From a bacterium (lineage in GTDB: Bacteria > UBA8248): DNA of 64,000 bases. Below, piece after piece: positions 29,458-39,036 of this stretch. The notes beneath the pieces were generated by a model. It was not told the DNA's origin and searched no databases. It was given only the letters and a program-made list of their open reading frames with translations. The stretch lies in contig OZ241326.1 in assembly GCA_965199855.1 (NCBI GenBank), positions 2,848,001-2,912,000 of the forward strand, in the 5' to 3' direction. The translations under genes were made by a program, and so were the position numbers. Position 1 is the stretch's first letter, and every line of letters begins with the position of its first letter.

Positions 29458-30426
29458 CTACCTGAACCTGGGCAGCAGCTCGGAGACGAAATTCTCCAGC
29501 TGCTCCTCCTGGCTTCCCCCCGCGAAGCGGACGATGAACGCGCGCGCCCCCTCCCGCGCGTATTCGCGCAGCTGCGCCTCTATCCCGTCTCCGTCCCCGG
29601 CGAGGACGAGCAGCTGCCTGCGCACCTCCTCGAAGCTCTTGCGGTAATACTTCGAGAGAAACTCGCCGCACCGCGCCTCGGCCTTCGCGCCGTCGGGGTT
29701 CACGTTCATGGTGACGTAGAGGCACTGGGGGATTTTTTCGATCTCCCCGCCCCGGCCGGCCTCCTCCGCGAAGCCGCGTATCCTCTCCCAGCACCGGCGA
29801 TAGACGTCCGCCGTGACGGCGTTCGTAATCCAGCCGTCGGCGAAGCGCGCCACGCGCCTGAGGCCCGAATCCACCAGGTTGCTCGAAAGCCAGACGGGGG
29901 GGCCGCCGGGGGTGCGCGGCCTCGGCTCGAGCGCCACGCCCTCGAAGGAGAAGTGTTTGCCCCGGTAATCCGCCCGGGGCTCCCGCAGGAGGAGCTTGAG
30001 TATCTCCACCGTCTCGGAGAAGCGGCGCGCCCGCTCGTTCAGCGGCACCCCGAGCGTCTCGAACTCGAATTCGAGGTCCCTGCGCCCCACGCCCAGGCCG
30101 GGGAGGACGCGCCCCGGAAACATGCAGTCGAGCGTGCTCACCGCCTGCGCGAGCATCACCGGATGGCGCAGCGCGGCGAGCATCACCGCCGTGCCCACCT
30201 GAACGCGCCCGGTCGAGGCGAGCGCCGCCGCCCAGGTCGTGAAGCTCTCCATGCGGGGCTTGGCCAGCACGCTGTCGCCCAGCCACACCGAATCGAGGCC
30301 GAGCGCCTCGGCTCTTCGGGCGAGCGAGAAGACGGGCGCCGCGTCCGGCGCCGCGCCCGCGGCCGCCACCACGACGCCGCGCGTGGGCAGCAGATAGCCG
30401 AAATGAAAGCCGCTCTCGTCGCTCAT
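29458..30426 (-). CDS. LLM-class flavin/F420-dependent oxidoreductase
   Basis: 'LLPTRG', 'GLDSVWLGDSVLAKPR', 'RHPVMLAQAVSTLD'. Confidence 0.88.
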   Translation of the reverse strand: MSDESGFHFGYLLPTRGVVVAAAGAAPDAAPVFSLARRAEALGLDSVWLGDSVLAKPRMESFTTWAAALASTGRVQVGTAVMLAALRHPVMLAQAVSTLDCMFPGRVLPGLGVGRRDLEFEFETLGVPLNERARRFSETVEILKLLLREPRADYRGKHFSFEGVALEPRPRTPGGPPVWLSSNLVDSGLRRVARFADGWITNAVTADVYRRCWERIRGFAEEAGRGGEIEKIPQCLYVTMNVNPDGAKAEARCGEFLSKYYRKSFEEVRRQLLVLAGDGDGIEAQLREYAREGARAFIVRFAGGSQEEQLENFVSELLPRFR

Positions 30427-30618
30427 GGGGCGGGACTCCTTATTTCACATTTCCCGGCATGGAAGAGGCGCGTCAGGGAAGCGCCTCGACGCGCTCCGAA
30501 GCGCCCTCGATGAAGACCGGGGCCGCCCCTCTTTCCGCGCGGGAGGCGGGCGGCGCGCGAAGTCCCCAACCCCCGGCGGGATTGAGGACTTTGTCACTCC
30601 GCGCGCGATGAAGGCGTT

Positions 30619-30694
30619 TGGTGGAGCTGAGGGGGATCGAACCCCTGACCTCATGACTGCCAGTCATGCGCTCTCCCAGCTGAGCTACAGCCCC
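30619..30694 (-). tRNA. tRNA-Ala (GGC)
   Basis: Minus strand reads GGGGCTGTAGCTCAGCTGGGAGAGCGCATGACTGGCAGTCATGAGGTCAGGGGTTCGATCCCCCTCAGCTCCACCA: 76 nt, anticodon arm CATGA-CTGGCAG-TCATG, encoded CCA. Confidence 0.97.
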
Positions 30695-30864
30695 GCGTCG
30701 GCGAAACCGGACGGACGGCGACGCGCGTCCCCCCGGCGAGCCTTCATGCGAGGGGTTTTCGCGCTCCCGCGCCTGCGTCCATCCTCCCTTTACCATCATT
30801 CCGGCGCCGTTGTCCATCCGCGCCGCATGGCCCTTTCCGGCGCCGCGCGGCAGTGCGGATTCCT

Positions 30865-31410
30865 TCATCCACGCTTGGCCCGCGCCGGCGCAAACCCGAT
30901 TTCTCTCTTTTTCTTCGATTCGGGCGGCGCCATGAGTTCACGTATCGCTCCGAAAACAATCTTGAACTTGTCATCGTATTTCTTTTCCAGGGCGGAGAGC
31001 TTGCGCGAGAGCTCCGCGTGGCCCTCAAGCATCCGCCGCAGGCGGACGAAAGCGCGCATGATCTCGATGTTCACCTGGATGGCCCGCTCGCTGCGCAGGA
31101 CGCCGGAGAGCATGGAAACGCCCTGCTCGGTGAAAGCGTAAGGCGGATAGCGCCTGCCTCCCCGGCTTGAGGTCACAAATTGTGACCTCAAGTCATCAAA
31201 TTCCTGTTTCGTGAGCCGAAACATGAAATCTTCCGGAAAGCGTTCGATGTTCCTCTTTACAGCCTGGACAAGGACCTTGGTCTCGACGCCGTAGAGAACG
31301 GCCAAATCAACGTCCAGAATGATTTTTTGATTCCGCAACAAAAAAATGGAATGCGCAATCCGCTCCATCGGTATCAGCGGGGCGCCGGCCTTCTTCTTCC
31401 TGGCTCCCAA
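30865..31410 (-). CDS. ORF6N (KilA-N-like) DNA-binding domain protein
   Basis: '[33 protein letters not shown]', '[33 protein letters not shown]', C-terminal 'IGF'. Start is TTG 31410 or ATG 31368. Confidence 0.9.
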   Translation of the reverse strand: MGARKKKAGAPLIPMERIAHSIFLLRNQKIILDVDLAVLYGVETKVLVQAVKRNIERFPEDFMFRLTKQEFDDLRSQFVTSSRGGRRYPPYAFTEQGVSMLSGVLRSERAIQVNIEIMRAFVRLRRMLEGHAELSRKLSALEKKYDDKFKIVFGAIRELMAPPESKKKREIGFAPARAKRG

Positions 31411-31617
31411 ATCCCGACCCTTTCAGGATATGAGCGATAATGGCGTCCCGCCTCGCGCCTGCCGTTCAGCGTGGACGTGAAGAGCTACGAGCGGACGGCC
31501 CGGCCGCCGCTCAGGGCGCGCATGGACGCAGCCGCCCGCCCCCTTTTCACCCAGGAGGAGCTCAGGGCCGCCTCCCGGGAGGCGCCGGAGGCTTAAAGGG
31601 CTGCCGCGCCCCTCTCC

Positions 31618-32697
31618 TCAATCGCCGGGGTCGGGCTCCCGCGCGAAGGCGCGCACGCGCTCCTCCAGCTCCCGGAAGTCGGCGGAGCCCGTCGCGTCCT
31701 CCGCGAGAATCTCCACCTCCTCCGGCCCCCGCGCGCCCAGCCCCAGCCCGACCGCGCGTCTGATCTGCCGGTGCGACCAGACGGGACAGTCCCGCAGGAG
31801 CTCCGCGCCCATGGCGCGCACGACGGAGGCGCCCACGACGTCCACGGCGATTCGGTCGTCCCCTGCGATCATCACGTTCGGGGCGCGCTCCTCTCCCTCG
31901 TAGGGACCGCCCGATATCCAGCACTTCGTCCCGTCCAGCACGATGAGCGAGGGCGAATAGAGCAGGTTCGTCTCCACGATCATCTCGGCCATCTGGGGGA
32001 CGAAGTGGGCGCGAACGCGGTCTCTGGGGTGCACGAATCCATAGCCGTTCTTGAGCGAGAGGCTGAAGCGCGGCCCGCCGCCGTGGCTCTTCATGGTGGG
32101 CAGGCTGACGACGCGCTGGCCGCGCCGCAGGAGGCGCTCGACGCAGTGCACCCATCCCCCCCAGCGAATCGCCCCCGGGACGCGCGCCCGCGCCCAGGGC
32201 TCCTCGTCGAAGCGCAGGACGCGCGCGCCCGTCCGCTCCCGGAAATCGTCCATCCCCCAGCGCTCGAAGTTCCCGCGCGCGGGCAGGGAGAGAAGCCCCC
32301 CCATCTCGCCCACCGCCAGCTCATCGCAGCCCGCCTCCTGCAGGAGGGCGACGACGGCGCCGAGCGCATCCGGGTGGGTGGAGGCGGGAAACGGGTCGGC
32401 GGAATTGAAGTTGGGCTTGAGGAGGACGGGGGCGGGCGGGCCGATCGCGCGCCGGACGCCGCCCAGCATCCCGACCGCCAGGCGAACGGCCTCCTCGCGC
32501 GTTTCGCCGCGCGCCATCGCCACCAGGCTCCTGCCTTCCCGCGCGAGGCGCGGGGGGCGCGGCGGCGGCGCTTCGGCCTCGGGGTATTCGCGCCTCGTCT
32601 CCTGCAGGGCGCGGTAGGCGGCCGCCTCGTCCCTGTCCAGCGTCTTCCGGAACCTCTCCGCGCGCGCGGCGAGCGGCGCGTCCAGCTGCGCTGTCAT
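31618..32697 (-). CDS. DUF362 domain protein
   Basis: 'VLLKPNFNS...STHP', 'LPTMKSH...FSLSLKN', 'DRIAVD'. Confidence 0.82.
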   Translation of the reverse strand: MTAQLDAPLAARAERFRKTLDRDEAAAYRALQETRREYPEAEAPPPRPPRLAREGRSLVAMARGETREEAVRLAVGMLGGVRRAIGPPAPVLLKPNFNSADPFPASTHPDALGAVVALLQEAGCDELAVGEMGGLLSLPARGNFERWGMDDFRERTGARVLRFDEEPWARARVPGAIRWGGWVHCVERLLRRGQRVVSLPTMKSHGGGPRFSLSLKNGYGFVHPRDRVRAHFVPQMAEMIVETNLLYSPSLIVLDGTKCWISGGPYEGEERAPNVMIAGDDRIAVDVVGASVVRAMGAELLRDCPVWSHRQIRRAVGLGLGARGPEEVEILAEDATGSADFRELEERVRAFAREPDPGD

Positions 32698-33031
32698 CTC
32701 CCCCCCCTCCTCCGAAGCGTCCGCGACCGAATCATCCGGGAGGCATTCTACTCCGCCCGGCGATTCCGCGAAACCGCGCGCGAACGGCGCCCGGCCGATC
32801 CGGATTCCGGCGCCTGCTCCCTCCCCGCCGCGCCGTTCCCGATGACGAAAGCCCCGCCTTCCCCGATCTCCCTTTCCCCGCGTCCCCCCGCGTATTAGAA
32901 TCGCCCGCGCCGCGCGCCCGGAAAACGGATTCCCCGAAGCGACATCGACGCGGCGAGGCGTCCGGCCCGCGTCACCGGCCCTTCCGCCTCCGTTCCGGAA
33001 GAGGCTCTCTCAGCGAAGGAATTCTTCATTC

Positions 33032-33868
33032 ATGCTCTTCTTTCTACAGTTCCTCGCCCTGGGTCTGGGCGTCGGCCTGCTGGGCACGCTGGTGGGGGCG
33101 GGCGGCGGCTTCATCCTCACGCCCGTGCTTCTGCTGCTCTTTCCGGACCGCCCCTCCGAGATCATCGCCGCGACCTCGTTCGGCGCGATTTGCCTGAACG
33201 CCCTCTCCGGCTCGCTCGCCTACTACCGGATGAGGCGCATCGACCTGAAGACCAGCCTCAGTTTCGCCCTCGCCGGCGCGCCCTGGGTGATCGTCGGCGT
33301 CTACGCCACGAGCGAGGTCGCGCGCGGGCCGTTCGACGTTCTTCTGGGCCTCTTCCTGCTCGCGCTCTGCGTCTCCATCATCAACCCCCCGCCCCCCCTG
33401 AAGAAGTCGCGGGCGGGCGCGCGCGGACTGGGCGCGCTCGCCAGAAGGCGCATCGTGGACAGGACGGGCCGCGTCTATGAATACGCCTTCCGCTTCCGGC
33501 TCGGCGTGCTGCTCAGCTCCTTCACGGGCTTTCTGGCGAGCTTTCTCGCCATCGGGGGCGGCGCCATCCACGTCCCGGTGATGATTCGCGTCCTGCGCAT
33601 CCCCCCCCACGTCGCCACCGCCACCTCCCAGGGCGTGCTGCTCTGCACCAGCTTCCTCGCCCTGACGGTTCACTTCCTGAACGGAAACTTCCGGACGATG
33701 ACGGGCGTCGTTCTCCCCCTCGCCCTCGGCACGATAGCGGGCGCGCAGCTCGGCGCGGCGTATTCCAACAGGGTGAAGTCCGCCACCCTCGCGCGGGTGC
33801 TGGCGGCGCTCTTCAGCATCGTCTCCCTCCAGCTCCTCTACAAGGGCGCGCTCGCCTGGATGCGCTGA
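33032..33868 (+). CDS. TauE/SafE-family (sulfite exporter-like) membrane protein
   Basis: Duplicated 'GTLVGAGGGFILTP' / 'IGGGAIHVP...ATATS' motifs; hydrophobic. Confidence 0.88.
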   Translation: MLFFLQFLALGLGVGLLGTLVGAGGGFILTPVLLLLFPDRPSEIIAATSFGAICLNALSGSLAYYRMRRIDLKTSLSFALAGAPWVIVGVYATSEVARGPFDVLLGLFLLALCVSIINPPPPLKKSRAGARGLGALARRRIVDRTGRVYEYAFRFRLGVLLSSFTGFLASFLAIGGGAIHVPVMIRVLRIPPHVATATSQGVLLCTSFLALTVHFLNGNFRTMTGVVLPLALGTIAGAQLGAAYSNRVKSATLARVLAALFSIVSLQLLYKGALAWMR

Positions 33869-33959
33869 GGCGAGGAAGAGGGATTGCGGAATCGGGGACG
33901 CAGGGACGCCCCCCCAAGGTTGTCCGCGCCGGGTTCATATCCCGCCAACGCGCGAAAAT

Positions 33960-34415
33960 CCCGTATGGGTCGTTCGGGAACGACCCGCCGCCTCCGATGC
34001 GAATGTCTTTGGAATACGGGCGGTTCCCGAATTGTGGGGCGGCCCCGGGGAGGGGCCGCCCCTACGAAATCACAAACCCCGGCGTTCACCGCCGTAGGGG
34101 GCATCCCCGGCCGTCATTCCGGTGAAGGCCGGAATCCAGGGGTTAATTGTATTCCATTGAAAACGGGCGGGACGCATATATGCGTCCCCTACAAAACCAG
34201 AACCGCCCGTAGGGGGCGCATTCTTGCGCCCCGTTGCGGGCCCGGCGATAACGCGGATCAAATCGTAGGGACAACCCCCGTGGTTGTCCTTCGCGCCATA
34301 TTCCCGTCCCGCCGCCGCGCGAACATTCCGTAGGGGTCGTTCGGGAACGACCCGCCGCCTGTGGTGCGAACGCCCCTTGAATGCGGGCGGGACGCATGAA
34401 TGCGTCCCCTACGAA
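33960..34415. repeat. Cluster of GTAG-type REPs/REPINs plus one CGTC REP
   Basis: gtaggggtcgttcgggaacgaccc (34330), gtagggacaacccccgtggttgtcc (34265), gtagggggcgcattcttgcgcccc (34209), two gggacgcatnnatgcgtcccctac copies, CGTC REP near 34112. Confidence 0.85.
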
Positions 34416-34507
34416 AAACCCCGCCGAATGGCGCGGCGGCGCGATCCTCCCCCTCCCCCACGAAGGCGGAAGTCGCGCTTGCGCCTCGTTGCTCTTTTCT
34501 GGTAGAC

Positions 34508-34555
34508 TGGTGGTGATCATCCGTTCTTCATTGGCGGTGATCATCCGTTCTTCAT
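34508..34555. repeat. 24-bp tandem duplication upstream of the autotransporter
   Basis: tggtggtgatcatccgttcttcat (34508-34531) and tggcggtgatcatccgttcttcat (34532-34555), one mismatch. Confidence 0.85.
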
Positions 34556-34613
34556 ATCGTGAGGAATTGACTGTCCGGGCATGGGGACGCCAACAAGGGG
34601 GAGGAAACGCGCC

Positions 34614-37600
34614 ATGAGATTTGCTGTTGATGGGATGATGCGGCATACTGACGCCGACTCACCGACTCACCGACTCACCGACTCACCGACTCACCGACTC
34701 ACCGACTCACCGACTCACCGACTCACCGACTCACCGACTCACCGACTCACCGACTCACCGACTCACCGACTCACCGACTCACCGACTCACCGACTCACCG
34801 ACTCACCGACTCACCGACTCACCGACTCACCGACTCACCGACTCACCGACTCACCGACAGGTAACCGTCGCGGCGGGGGCCGCGTCGTGAGCGCGCGGGC
34901 GCGGGTCGCCGCGCTCGCGACGGCGTTGCTGGTCTGCCTGCTTCTCGCGCCCTCTCCGGCGCGGGCGGCGGACGAGTGCGGGGCGGTGTCGAGCAGCTCG
35001 ACGACCGCCACCTGCTCGAACCAGGCCTACGGGACCGGCATCATCTACAGGGGCAAGGCGCACGCCCTGACCCTCAACGTCCCGGGCGGCTCGGCGACCG
35101 CCATCACGACCGCCACGTCCACGTCGGACTGGGCGAGCGGCATCGTCATGGACACCACCTCGGCCGGCGGCGCCATCGCGCTCACGGTGGGCGCCTCGGG
35201 CGCCGTGACGATCGCGCAGGCGAGCGGCGGCCCGTCCTCCAGCTGGAACCACAACCGGGGGATCCTCATTCGCCAGCGCTCCTCGGGGACGACGACGGTG
35301 GATCTCAGGAGCGGGGTGACCATCGGCACCTCGACCGCCCGCGTGAGGGCGGAAGGGGTCTGGGTCATTCTGCAGGACAACGACGGCGGGACGGCCTCCC
35401 TTACGAGCGCGGCCACGATCTGGTCCGCGACCCGCGGCCTTCACCTCATCCGGAACGCGAGCGCCGCGGACACCACGGCGGCCACGACCATCACGAACAG
35501 CGGCGCCGTCAACGCGACGCAGGGCGGCATCTTGCTGGACCACAGAAGGCCCTCGGCCAATACCTTCACGGCCTCCGCGACCATCACGAACACCGGCGCC
35601 GTCACGACGACCGGGACGGGCAGGTTTGGCATCGACATGAACTACGAGGGCTACGGCGCCGCCCTGATCGACAACCGGGCGGCCGTCACCGCGACCGCGA
35701 CCAACTCGGTCGGCATCCGGGTGCGGCAGCGGACCGCCGCCAGCGCGGGGACCGTCAAGATCATGAACAGCGGCGTCGTCCAGGCGCACGGCGACGCCAT
35801 CTACATCAACAACGTGGGCACGGGCGCCGCCACGATCGAGAACACCGACGCCCTCACCTCCTCGAACGGCCGGGGCATCCACCTGTGGGACGGGGGAGCC
35901 ACCGGCACGGGCGCCACGGCCACGGTGACGAACGGGGCGGACGTCACGTCCTCGGGCGACGGCATCTTCGTCCAGACGAGGGACAAGGACAACGCGGGGA
36001 CGAGCGCGGGCGTCTCCATCACCCATTCGGCCGGTACCATCACCTCCTCGGCCGGCAACGGCATCGACGCGCTGGTCGGCCGCGCCAGGTCGGAGACGGA
36101 CACGGGGCACGCCGACTACGTCGCGCCCGTGAACACGGGCCTCCTCAAGGTCAGCGTCACGGGCGGGACGATCTCCTCGAAGTGGGCCCCCATCCAGGCG
36201 ATCAACTACGAGGCGGGGGGGATCGAGATCGCGGTCTCCGAGGGCGTCACGATGACGACCACGGACGATCACGGCATCTACGCCCAGCTGACCGACCCGG
36301 GCAACGCGAGCGGGGGCGTTTCGATCGCCTCGGGCGCCGCGCTCACCGCGAAGAAGAACGGCATATCCGTCACGCGCGCGGCGGGCTCCGGCGCCGTCGC
36401 GGTCGAGAACAGCGGCGCCGTCGCGACGCAGGACGCCGCCAGCGCCTGGTCGGCCATCCGGATCGATGACTCCGGAACCGGCGGCGTCTCGGTCGAGAAC
36501 GGCGGCGCCCTGGGCGCGGCGGGCAAGAGGTTCACCTTCGGCGTCTCGGTCGAGTACACGGGCTCCGCCGGCGGGGTGACGGTGGAGAACAGCGGCGACA
36601 TCATGCCGATCAACTCCGGCGTCCACGTCCACGTCCCGACGAGCGCCGGGAACGTCTCGGTCACGAACAGCGGCGCGGTCGGCTCGGCGAGCGAGCGCGC
36701 CGAGCGCGGTCTCTCCGTCCACCAGATGGCCTCGGGGACCGCGGGCTCCGTCACGGTCGCGAACAGCGGCGCCATCGCGGCGGAGGACTACGGCATCTTC
36801 GCCCGGACGCACAACAAGGACGCCGCGGGCGCGGACGCGGACGTGACCGTCACCCACTCGGGCGGCGCCATCGACGTCAGAAACGACCGGAGCGGCATAA
36901 ATGAGGCGGGCGTGGGCGTCTCCGCCCGGATCGGCCACTACAGGTCGGAGAACGACGCGGGCGGCGACGGCTACGCCGCGCCCGTGAACGCGGGCGGCGT
37001 CAAGGTCTCCGTCACGGGCGGGTCGATCACCTCGAAGGGAAACGCCGTCGAGGCGATCAACTACGAGGCGGGATGGGCCGAGATCACGGTCTCCGAGGGC
37101 GTCGAGATCACCTCCGAGACGGGGCGCGGCCTCTGGGCCTGGCTGGCCGACGTGGGACAGAGGAGCGGGAGCGTCATCATCGAGAGCGCCGGGTCGGTCA
37201 CGGCGGAGCGCCAGGCGATCTACGCGGCGCCCAAGGCGAGCAACGGCGACGTGAGCGTCACCGTCCTGACCGGCGGCTCCGTCGTCTCCCGCGCGCGCGC
37301 CGGCGTCTGGGCGCACTACAACGTCCGCGAGAACGACAACGGCCAGGTGAACGTCACCGTCCAGGAGGGCGCGAGCGTCACCGGGAATTCGAGCGGCATT
37401 CACGTCAGGAACGCGGGCCGCGCCTCCCTGGGCAGGAACTCGGAGCGGGGCCGGGCGCTGTTCATGCGGGCGGACAAGACGGTTCGCAGGCAGCACGTCA
37501 CCGTGGCCGGCACGGTGCGGGGCGGGTCGGTGTCGGGCGTCCACATTCTGGACGGCGGAACGCTGCTGGTGGAGAAGACGGGGCGGATTCTCGCCGGCTC

Positions 37601-38954
37601 CTCGGGCGTGGCCGTCCTGGCGGACAACGACACCGACATCTACAACGTGGTTCTGGGCGCCGATCCCCAGCCGCAGGCTGAGGGCGAGGTCGGCGAGGCC
37701 GTCGTCCACGTCGAGGGCGAGGTGAAGGGCGCGGTGCATCTCGCCGGCGGCGGGTGCGTGACCATCGGCCTCAACGGCCGGGTGGAGGCGAACGGGGCGC
37801 CGCTGGCGATTCGGGGCGACGCTCCGACGACGGTCATCTTTCACGTCCTGGGCGACCTCCTGCACCGGGGCAACGCCGCGGACGCGGTCGCCCGGGTGGA
37901 GGGCGGCATCGGCGGGGACGGCGTCGACGAGATCGGCTTCGTCCTCGCCCAGACCCAGGACGGATTGCTCACCGGCCACCTTCGGGACGTGTCGCTCGAC
38001 TCCGGGGGCGCCCCGATGCTCGACGAGCTTCCGGTCCTCCGGTTCGACTGCGGGATGGCGGAGGACGCGCGGTGCGAGCTCTACGAGGCCGCGCCCTCGC
38101 TTCTGCTGGCGATGACGCGGCTGCCCTCCCACGCCGAGCGGATGTCCGCCCCTCGGGGGTCGAACGGCGTCTGGGGCCGCGTGGAGGGGGCGAAGGGCGA
38201 GTGGACGGCCGACGCGGCGGATTCGGTCGCCGAAAGCGAGAAGCTCGGCTACGACTACGACGTAGCCGGCGGACGCGCGGGTCTCGACTTCGAGGGCGCG
38301 GGCGGGCGCTTCGGCGTCTCCGTCCACATGCTTCGGGCGAAGGCGGAGCGGAAGGGGGCGGGCGAGATCGCCCTGAACGGGGTGGGTCTGGGCGCCTCGG
38401 CCTCCTGGTTCTGGGGCAACTTCTATCTCGACGTGGCCGGGCAGGCGACGGCGTTCGACGCGGACTTCGACTCGGCGATGAGCGGCTCGCTGAAGAAGGA
38501 CGCGGACGGCGTCGGCGGCGCGCTGGGGGTCGAGATCGGTCGGCGGATGTCCTTCATGGAGGGGGCCTTCGCCGTCACCCCGCGTCTGGGGATGGTCTGG
38601 TCGAGCGCGGACCTGGACGACTTCACGGACTCGGTGGGCTCCACCGCGCGGGTCTCGGTGGAGAGCGCGCGGAGCGCGCGGGCGCGGGCGGGCTTCACCC
38701 TGGAGACGGGCGCGGGCGAGGGCCGTCTGTTCCTCTCGGCGGACCTCGAGCGGGAGCTCTCCCGGGAGACGGCCGTGAAGGTCGCCGGCGACAGGCTCAA
38801 GGCGCGGGCGAACGACACGACGGCGCGGCTGGGGGCGGGCGGCGCCTTCCCGATCAGCGAGAGCGCCACGCTCACCCTCTCGGGCAGCTACGAGACCAGC
38901 GGGGGCGGAACGAAGGAATACGGCGGCGCCGCCTCCGTGAGCGTCCGCTTCTAG
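34614..38954 (+). CDS. Large autotransporter (type Va) adhesin-like protein
   Basis: GGAGG RBS before ATG 34614. Signal-like 'VAALATALLVCLLLAPSPARA'; Gly/Ala/Ser/Thr-rich beta-helix repeats ('I.NSGAV'); C-terminal beta-barrel ('GVWGRVEG', 'VTPRLG') ending 'SVSVRF'. Confidence 0.9.
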   Translation: MRFAVDGMMRHTDADSPTHRLTDSPTHRLTDSPTHRLTDSPTHRLTDSPTHRLTDSPTHRLTDSPTHRLTDSPTHRLTDSPTGNRRGGGRVVSARARVAALATALLVCLLLAPSPARAADECGAVSSSSTTATCSNQAYGTGIIYRGKAHALTLNVPGGSATAITTATSTSDWASGIVMDTTSAGGAIALTVGASGAVTIAQASGGPSSSWNHNRGILIRQRSSGTTTVDLRSGVTIGTSTARVRAEGVWVILQDNDGGTASLTSAATIWSATRGLHLIRNASAADTTAATTITNSGAVNATQGGILLDHRRPSANTFTASATITNTGAVTTTGTGRFGIDMNYEGYGAALIDNRAAVTATATNSVGIRVRQRTAASAGTVKIMNSGVVQAHGDAIYINNVGTGAATIENTDALTSSNGRGIHLWDGGATGTGATATVTNGADVTSSGDGIFVQTRDKDNAGTSAGVSITHSAGTITSSAGNGIDALVGRARSETDTGHADYVAPVNTGLLKVSVTGGTISSKWAPIQAINYEAGGIEIAVSEGVTMTTTDDHGIYAQLTDPGNASGGVSIASGAALTAKKNGISVTRAAGSGAVAVENSGAVATQDAASAWSAIRIDDSGTGGVSVENGGALGAAGKRFTFGVSVEYTGSAGGVTVENSGDIMPINSGVHVHVPTSAGNVSVTNSGAVGSASERAERGLSVHQMASGTAGSVTVANSGAIAAEDYGIFARTHNKDAAGADADVTVTHSGGAIDVRNDRSGINEAGVGVSARIGHYRSENDAGGDGYAAPVNAGGVKVSVTGGSITSKGNAVEAINYEAGWAEITVSEGVEITSETGRGLWAWLADVGQRSGSVIIESAGSVTAERQAIYAAPKASNGDVSVTVLTGGSVVSRARAGVWAHYNVRENDNGQVNVTVQEGASVTGNSSGIHVRNAGRASLGRNSERGRALFMRADKTVRRQHVTVAGTVRGGSVSGVHILDGGTLLVEKTGRILAGSSGVAVLADNDTDIYNVVLGADPQPQAEGEVGEAVVHVEGEVKGAVHLAGGGCVTIGLNGRVEANGAPLAIRGDAPTTVIFHVLGDLLHRGNAADAVARVEGGIGGDGVDEIGFVLAQTQDGLLTGHLRDVSLDSGGAPMLDELPVLRFDCGMAEDARCELYEAAPSLLLAMTRLPSHAERMSAPRGSNGVWGRVEGAKGEWTADAADSVAESEKLGYDYDVAGGRAGLDFEGAGGRFGVSVHMLRAKAERKGAGEIALNGVGLGASASWFWGNFYLDVAGQATAFDADFDSAMSGSLKKDADGVGGALGVEIGRRMSFMEGAFAVTPRLGMVWSSADLDDFTDSVGSTARVSVESARSARARAGFTLETGAGEGRLFLSADLERELSRETAVKVAGDRLKARANDTTARLGAGGAFPISESATLTLSGSYETSGGGTKEYGGAASVSVRF
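34654..34858 (+). repeat. Octanucleotide simple sequence repeat (CCGACTCA)25 + CCGAC
   Basis: Perfect 8-bp units from 34654 to 34853, translated as (PTHRLTDS)n. Confidence 0.97.
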
Positions 38955-39036
38955 GGGACGCGAACGCCCGACGATTCGCGCCGGGCGCGGGGGACGACGC
39001 GATCCCCCGCGCCCGGTTTCTGTCACCGAACGGCGC

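Noticed and set aside
26062-30513. 1483-aa plus-strand ORF, and similar long ORFs at 34851-39224 (-), 16489-18936 (+), 10673-12928 (+) and 60203-62755 (-)
   Set aside because: Antisense shadows of well-supported genes; stop codons are rare in GC-rich DNA and the translations show no motifs.
30430-31450. Prophage or integrative element at tRNA-Ala
   Set aside because: No integrase, no duplicated tRNA 3' end seen, and no phage structural genes; only a lone ORF6N gene.
33960-34415. REP clusters read as a CRISPR array or integron attC array (also 39037-40100)
   Set aside because: Repeats differ from each other, occur in both orientations and have irregular spacing; no cas or integron integrase is present. 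They fit GTAG/CGTC REPs.
34654-34858. Possible CRISPR array
   Set aside because: Contiguous 8-bp units with no spacers and no cas genes; it is a simple sequence repeat.
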